Source of the DNA: the human T2T-CHM13v2.0 reference genome, Homo sapiens
Assembly: GCF_009914755.1 (NCBI RefSeq)
Contig: NC_060939.1
Reading direction: 5' to 3' (one strand)
DNA: 64,000 nt
A program made the translations under genes and the position numbers. How positions within the stretch are numbered: the first letter of the stretch is position 1; every line of letters begins with the position of its first letter. The notes below the pieces were generated by a model. It made no database searches and was not told where the DNA came from. It saw nothing but the letters and a program-made list of their open reading frames with translations. Positions 56,601 to 64,000 of this stretch are shown piece after piece.

Positions 56601-57939
56601 TATGTTTGTCAGTATCTAGGGCTAGATTCCCTTCTCCATCACTTCTGAACAACGACACAGTTTTGTGTGTGTGTGTGTCTCAGTGTTAACAGGACACATC
56701 TAGTGTAAATTAGCTCTTAGCTAGAAAAGAGATGTTGACCTTCAAATGCAGCACGTGGTGAAACAGTAAGAAAGAACAGGAGAAACTGTAGTAGAAGGAT
56801 GTTCACTTGTACAGGGATTCTACACAATGCATCCTAGACCTGACCAAAATAACAGTGGACAGCATCCTAGGGATGCTGACTGAGGCCATACAAAGGCAGT
56901 GTTTTCCAGAGACAAGGAAATCAAAGCTAGGTAGCCTGCCCAGTTAAATTGGCAGCCAAAGACCTGGAAATCTAGTATGAGTGACCCAGCAGGAGAGGAA
57001 CCTGGAAAAGCAGGGTCTACTGGGCAGGTGTGAGGCCAGGAGAAGAATCTAGAGGCTAGAGAACACTTTTTGAGCTTAGGAGACCTACTGTAGATGTCAT
57101 TTATAGGTAGCCCCAGCAGGAAGGGGAGAGAAAGCTGCTGGAGTCACTGATCAGGATGCCCTGTCATGAGAATCATCACAGGCATGTCTGGGCCTCCTCT
57201 CATTCTCTGTTGATTGACTGATCCACCCCCCTCCCCCTGCATCCCCAAGAGGAACAGGATGCAGGAAAATAAAACTAGTGAAAACTAGTGAAAAAGACAA
57301 ACAACCTTGAGCTGAGTCCTGACTTCCATCCAACCCATTTCACCTGTCTCAGTTTCTTGGCCACTTCTCTGGTTGGAATATTTGGATAGCCTATAGATTT
57401 CTATTTCAATATGCAGGAAAACTAACTATAATACCATTCTTTGGTTCAAAAAATAACCACAAGATGAAACCCTGAAGAGCATTGTATTTTGTATGGATTT
57501 GGATTCAGTGGGATTCTGTTATATTAGAGCGGTTATTATTATTGTTGTAATTGTGTTCCTAATGGTGTTTGTAGGGTATTTGTTTCATTACCTGAGATAA
57601 TTTGTGTTGTTCCTGTTAGTTTATATTGAGTTATTGATAAAGGTTACATCTTAGTACTTAACTTTACCATTGTTTGTTGGTGAGCAAACACCATTTGCAT
57701 ATATAAATACATTGATCAAGCATAACACATTTGCACACATTTATTTACATGCATACCTATTAAATTTTCCACCTATGCCCATCTATCTACTTTTCTATCA
57801 TCGTCATTTGTACAGAATTTAAGACAAACAGAAATTCTGTTATTCACCTTTCGGGAGCAGCTATGGGAGATAGAGACAAGTTCTGTACAAATGCTAGAAT
57901 CTGTTTGTAATATAGTCAAGGAAAAGGAAAGAAAGGGTA

Positions 57940-58290
57940 GGAAACAAATATTGGTCAAACACCTACTGTGTGCCATATATCACGGCAGACAATTTTATAT
58001 ATAATATAGATAATATAATTTCTATTTAATTCTTATAACAATTTGAAAATGCAGATATTATTACCCCTACTGTGTGCCATGTATCATGGCAGACAATTCT
58101 ATATATATTACTTCTATTTAACTCATAACTATTTTAAGATGGAGATATTATTATCCTCAGTATAGCAATGAGGGGGCAGGCTTTTGGAGTTAAGTAATTC
58201 ACCAAAAGTTGTACAGTTCGATCATGGCAGAGTTAGCCTTTGATCTCAAGCCTGTCTGATTCCAAAGCTTATTGGCATTCCACTACAGCC
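57940..58290 (-). mobile_element. MIR with ~100-bp internal tandem duplication
   Basis: cctactgtgtgccat...gatattatta occurs twice (from 57962 and 58066); MIR core follows. Confidence 0.85.
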
Positions 58291-58395
58291 CACTCCACTG
58301 CTTGCTAAGAAAACAAAACAACTGGCCAGGGACATACAAAAACCCCAGCACACAGTAATGAACCCTAACTCACTCCATAGCAGTTAGCATAGTTT

Positions 58396-58398
<3 letters not shown>

Positions 58399-58458
<60 letters not shown>
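58399..58458. repeat. Pure (AT)~30 microsatellite
   Basis: Read directly from the sequence. Confidence 0.98.
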
Positions 58459-58461
<3 letters not shown>

Positions 58462-58499
58462 CTGATGTGAGGTTAGTCAGGGTTATATTTACACATATA

Positions 58500-58635
58500 A
58501 TCTCTAGCTCATACTGTCTTTATCCAGAGAAGTGACCCTGAGCAGGTTGCTGCCCTTGCTAAGACCCAGTTTCACTGTCTGTAAAATGTGGGGTTTGGGC
58601 TAAATTATCTCTAATGTCTCTTCATCTCTAATCCT
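58500..58635 (+). mobile_element. MIR3/MIRc fragment
   Basis: gtgaccctgagcaggttgc...cagtttcactgtctgtaaaatg...aattatctctaa. Confidence 0.7.
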
Positions 58636-59985
58636 CCACAGTTTTTCTATTACGTCTTGCAGTTCCAGCCCTGGTGTGTGCGGCCCTTGCTCCCAGGAAA
58701 TTTCTGAACATGCTGTGTGGGTTTGCCTGTGTGACATGCAGTGTCCTAAAAGTAAACCTGACTGAGTTAGCAATACACACACAGTTTCATTCCTACAATG
58801 GTCACTAATGATCCCTAATCAAGACACAATCTGAAAGGTAAACAAACCAACAGCTCTTTTGTTTTTGTGAAGTGAGAACTAAGGGTTATTGATTATTCTT
58901 CTGACCCAGGACGGATCTGTATAGATCTGGGGAAGATTGATGGCTCTTTTGATCTGAGGATAAGCCAAGCCTGACAACACAATACCACATTAGAACTGTA
59001 CTGTCAGTCCGGCACCTGACCGGGCTTGGCAAGGTTCCTCTTATGCTTCTCCTTTCCCTTTGAAAAACTCTGGTCAATTATATTCACATCGTTGCAAAGT
59101 ATGTCGTAATGAAGAGCTCTGCGTCGGCTTGTGGTTTTTAGATTGGGCTCCTCTGACCGTTAGAGATTGAAAAAGTAACAACAAAGGTACTTTTCAAGTT
59201 GTATAATACATATTTTCAAAGCATCATGGGAATTGTATATTTATTCGTAATAATGCAATCCAGGCTATTTGCTTAATTATGTTCAACTTGTCTGTATCAC
59301 ATAAAAACAACAAAAAACAAATTTGGGATAATATAGTGTGTGCTGCATATTTCAGTGACTCTGGGCTTAATGCAAAACCTTACCATTTCCTCTGTTCAGC
59401 TGCTGGGCATGCTGACACCATTTACAACATGGACCCATAACTGTCATTGTAAGTTTAAGGCAGGTCCTGGGTATTGTGGCCAGATCTCAGTGGCACTGGA
59501 GGCGTCTAAAAGGACTGCTTATTGCCTCATTGGCCCTGGGGCTTATTGCCCTCGTCAAAGAGCTTCACAGCTCCATCTTTAGCCAAGCAAGAGTCTTAAG
59601 GCCCACAAAACATCTGCATGGAGGAGACTCATGTGTAAACAGAAGGGTTTGGAAAAGGGACACAAGTCATTACAAAAATGTAAATGCGAAGTCCTGTGCA
59701 TTTACCTGGAGAAGCAAAGATGTTGGAAGCTAAGGACATTAGTCACCTGTTTGTATAAAGTGTGTTATTTTGCCCAACTATTAAATATTTAAGCAAACAT
59801 TTGTGTATTGATATTGGTAACTATATGTACCTTTCTGCAGTTTTTAATAAACATTCTGGTGTATTTATCCACAGTTTCCCCCTAGTGAGGTCATACTTGC
59901 CTAATAAAAAAGTATTACATTGCAATATTTGATTATCTCAAAGAATCAAGTACAAGGTAGTTCAGCTGTGCCACTGTGCCACTAG

Positions 59986-60505
<520 letters not shown>

Positions 60506-60631
60506 TAGACAGAGGCCATGCTAGATAAGGTTCAGCTTCCAACACACTGTGTCTCTACCCAGCCTGCTGTGCTGCCTCTGAGGCCTTGAGACAGTTTAGA
60601 AAGGGGCAGCTCCGTTGCTTTTGTGTTGGGA

Positions 60632-61108
<477 letters not shown>

Positions 61109-61389
61109 CCTCTGAGAGTTCTAACAATTGCCCAGTAGCCTTTCCCAGGGGCCAGGAGGGTGGGCCTTAGTTGCTTGTCAACCAGGAAAACTGCTTTGAT
61201 GTCTCTGTGTATAAGTTAGATAGAGGTGATCTGAGCAGTTATCATGAGTGAGGTTAAAAAAAAAAAATGTTCTTCACCAGTGCACCAGAATACTTTTTGT
61301 CTATATCTATTTCACATAGATTTTGCCTGTATCTATTTCATGGTCTTAAAATGTAAAAGTAAGATTGTCAAGAATATGTGAAATTGGAG

Positions 61390-61462
61390 CACGCACACGC
61401 ACACACACACACAGAGAGAGAGAGGGACGGAGAGAGAGAGAGAGAGAGAGAAGAAAAAGAAG
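61390..61462. repeat. (CA)n(GA)n compound microsatellite
   Basis: Read directly from the sequence. Confidence 0.95.
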
Positions 61463-62515
61463 GGTACCCTTGTGTTGAGGGCATTGTTCAGATACGCCAG
61501 CCATAGTTCCTGATGTTGTGAGGTTCCCCTGCCCTGCTCCCAACTCATTGGCTGTCAGCAAAAGGTTATCAGCGTTTGTTTTATGACCCCAGGGAGCAGC
61601 AAGCCTATGTCCCCAGTCTACTGGTAGGATTCTCCACTGATGTTTATAGCAGCAGCTTCTCAACAGAAGCCCACCCATACAGGTCAGGCTGCCCCGTGAA
61701 GGTCAGATGTGATCACCCAGCGGCTGTCAGGAGTTGCCAGAGTTAGATCACTTACAAACATATAATGTGATACACCTTGCATAAGGCATCTAGGCTGACA
61801 GACTGTTTTGCCTGTCAGGCAATTGTAGGGAAATGTTTTCAACCTTGCAACATGTCCAAATATACTAGTCTGAAGCATATGTTTGACTGACCTGGTTTAC
61901 AAAGTGGCTCCATTTTCACCAGGGAGGAAAAGCACTCTTCTTTCTTCTGAAATATTTCTCATGTACTTCTCTTCTGTCTATATTTTACTCTTCACTACTT
62001 TCCAAAAAGTTTAGAGATGACTACAGAGAACATAACAGAAAGGTGATAAACCACAAATACCAAATTAAGGAAAATATCTCAAGTCAAAAGGAAAAGAAGA
62101 GAATGTGTTGTCAAAGCTGAGGAAAGCTACCGTGGTAGGGCACAAAACTTCTCTGTGAGTTTCCTGATGGCTAAAGCAAAGAGAGAAGCTTGATTGTCTC
62201 TCTTCAATGAAAGAAAACCTGTCCTCTCATAACGAGAGAAATTCTACTACCCTGGCTCTGTTCTGCCAAAAAAATAAAATAAAATAACAATAGCAGAAGG
62301 CGGGGAACAAATTATATAACGGACCTTAGGCAATTCGTGTCTTCAATATAACCTAGATAATTGCTACTAGAAACTGACTGCGTCCATTGGCACCCCAGTT
62401 ATTCAGGAACAACTTCTCTGATGAGAACAATTAGCTCTCTGCGGTATGGATTCATGGGGGTTGAGAATCCTCTTTGCTTCCCTCCCCTGGCCAGTTTATT
62501 TGATTAAAGTCAAGA

Positions 62516-62732
62516 CAGTATCAGCAAACTATGGACTCCAGGCCAAATTCAGCCAGCTTCTTGTTTTTGTACATAAAGTCTTCATTGGGACACGGCTTGC
62601 TTATTTATTTACCTATGATCCATGGTTGCTTTCAAGCTACCATGGCAGATTCAAGCAACAGACACTGTATGGCCTGCAAAGTCTAAGATATTTACAATCG
62701 GGTCCTTTACAGAAAAAAATTGTCCATTCCTG
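62516..62732. mobile_element. MER58A hAT-Charlie MITE
   Basis: tcagcaaactatgg...ggccaaattcagccagc...gtatggcctgcaaagtctaagatatttacaatc.ggtcctttacagaaaaa. Confidence 0.85.
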
Positions 62733-64000
62733 ATCTACAGAAGGACCTGAAAAAAAAAATCGGTCATCAGAACGATACTACCTGCTTAAATTCAGTTACC
62801 CTTCGAGAGATCACCCACTAAGTCATTATTGGCCATTAAGAACTTCATGTAAATTAATCTTTGTCTAAATAACCAATTTTGCCGGCTACCTGAGTGAGGA
62901 GAAAAAGGAAATGGGAGCCAGGGCAGGTAAGTTTTGTTTAGGAGCATGGTAAAAAGAAATGATTGAGAGCCTGAGGCGTTTGCAGGGTGGATGAGCCTGG
63001 TTGAGGTGTTGTAGTGGAGGGTTCCGGAAGACTGACAGGCAAAATGATGGCTGTAGATGGCATTGGGGTGAAGGGCGTGAGGTTGGGGGAAGCCATGGCG
63101 GGGGTAAAAGCACACGTGAAAGGGAAGTCAGGGATGCCCTTCCTTTCTGAATTTTACCTAAGACCAGCTCTATGGAGGTGCAGAATGTGGACCTGTACCG
63201 CTTTCACCGGTTTTCCAAGTGGCATAGGATGGTGCAGTCACTGTCCACTTAAAGGAAGCTGCCCAAAGAGAGAGGAGCTGAACTACCAAACATAGGAAGC
63301 TATTAATGAATATGGCAGCTTTAGGGTTCAACATGGGCTTGCAGATAACCTTCTGCTTATTTCTAAAACACATATATGGAATGTACCTACAAATGTCAGT
63401 AGAACTAGAAGGATGGTTTTATCCATTTGTACTCCACGTTAGGTCTAGCCCTCTTACCTGTGCTTTATTTGTAAAATTAACTAAAGATGCAAATTAAATT
63501 GAAAAATATAAAATGCAATTAAAAGAACTTTTCTACTAACATTTGAATGTACCATAAACTTTGAAAATTTTGGTTTGATGTTTTTCTTCTTAAAAATCAG
63601 GTAGAAAAGTTTATAATATTTAAAATATACATATATATATCTAACATTTCAACTGGAACTCTGTCTCTCTATCCGAGACCTTTTCGGCCTCCATACTCAG
63701 TGGGTTTAAAATGTGTGAAATATGCGGCATCACTTTCTGCAGTTAATCAGGGAGGGAGAAGAGTTGTATTTCCATGTATATATAGAATATCATGGGCATA
63801 TTATGTTTTTTTGCTAAACAAAACTTCCCACTGAAATAGATTTTTTTAATATGAAAATCATTACTTTTAAAAATTATCATCTTTATAAAAAGTACCTATT
63901 ATCGAAAATCCTTTTTCAATTTTAGTAAACCTAAAATTGAGTAATAAAAAAAGTAAAGACCCTGTTATAGAACTTAGTTGAAAATTAATGTGTTTATTGA

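Overview
Primate (almost certainly human) intronic or intergenic DNA. I recognise no protein-coding gene, RNA gene, CpG island or CRISPR array. Positions 1-31 kb and 55-64 kb are dense in interspersed repeats: Alu J/S, a 5'-truncated L1PA4-like LINE, old L1M, L2, L3/CR1, MIR, THE1/MST/MLT1/LTR33 solo LTRs and MER hAT MITEs. Positions ~31-55 kb are repeat-poor, with motif-rich CpG-retaining blocks that look like enhancers. The long ORFs are broken L1 ORF2 pieces or Alu/LTR read-throughs. The best-supported unusual structures are: (1) an L1 3' transduction, where a 15-bp target-site duplication brackets the L1 plus ~740 bp of apparently imported flank carrying half an MLT1 LTR and an older AluS; (2) a multi-switch templated rearrangement at 52.1-53.1 kb (two inverted copies, a chimeric tandem array and a foldback hairpin, all traceable to one ~270-bp local donor); (3) a smaller inverted triplication at 20.1-20.3 kb. 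Repeat subfamily names come from memory of consensus sequences, and boundaries without a TSD are approximate. I found no convincing new biological system.
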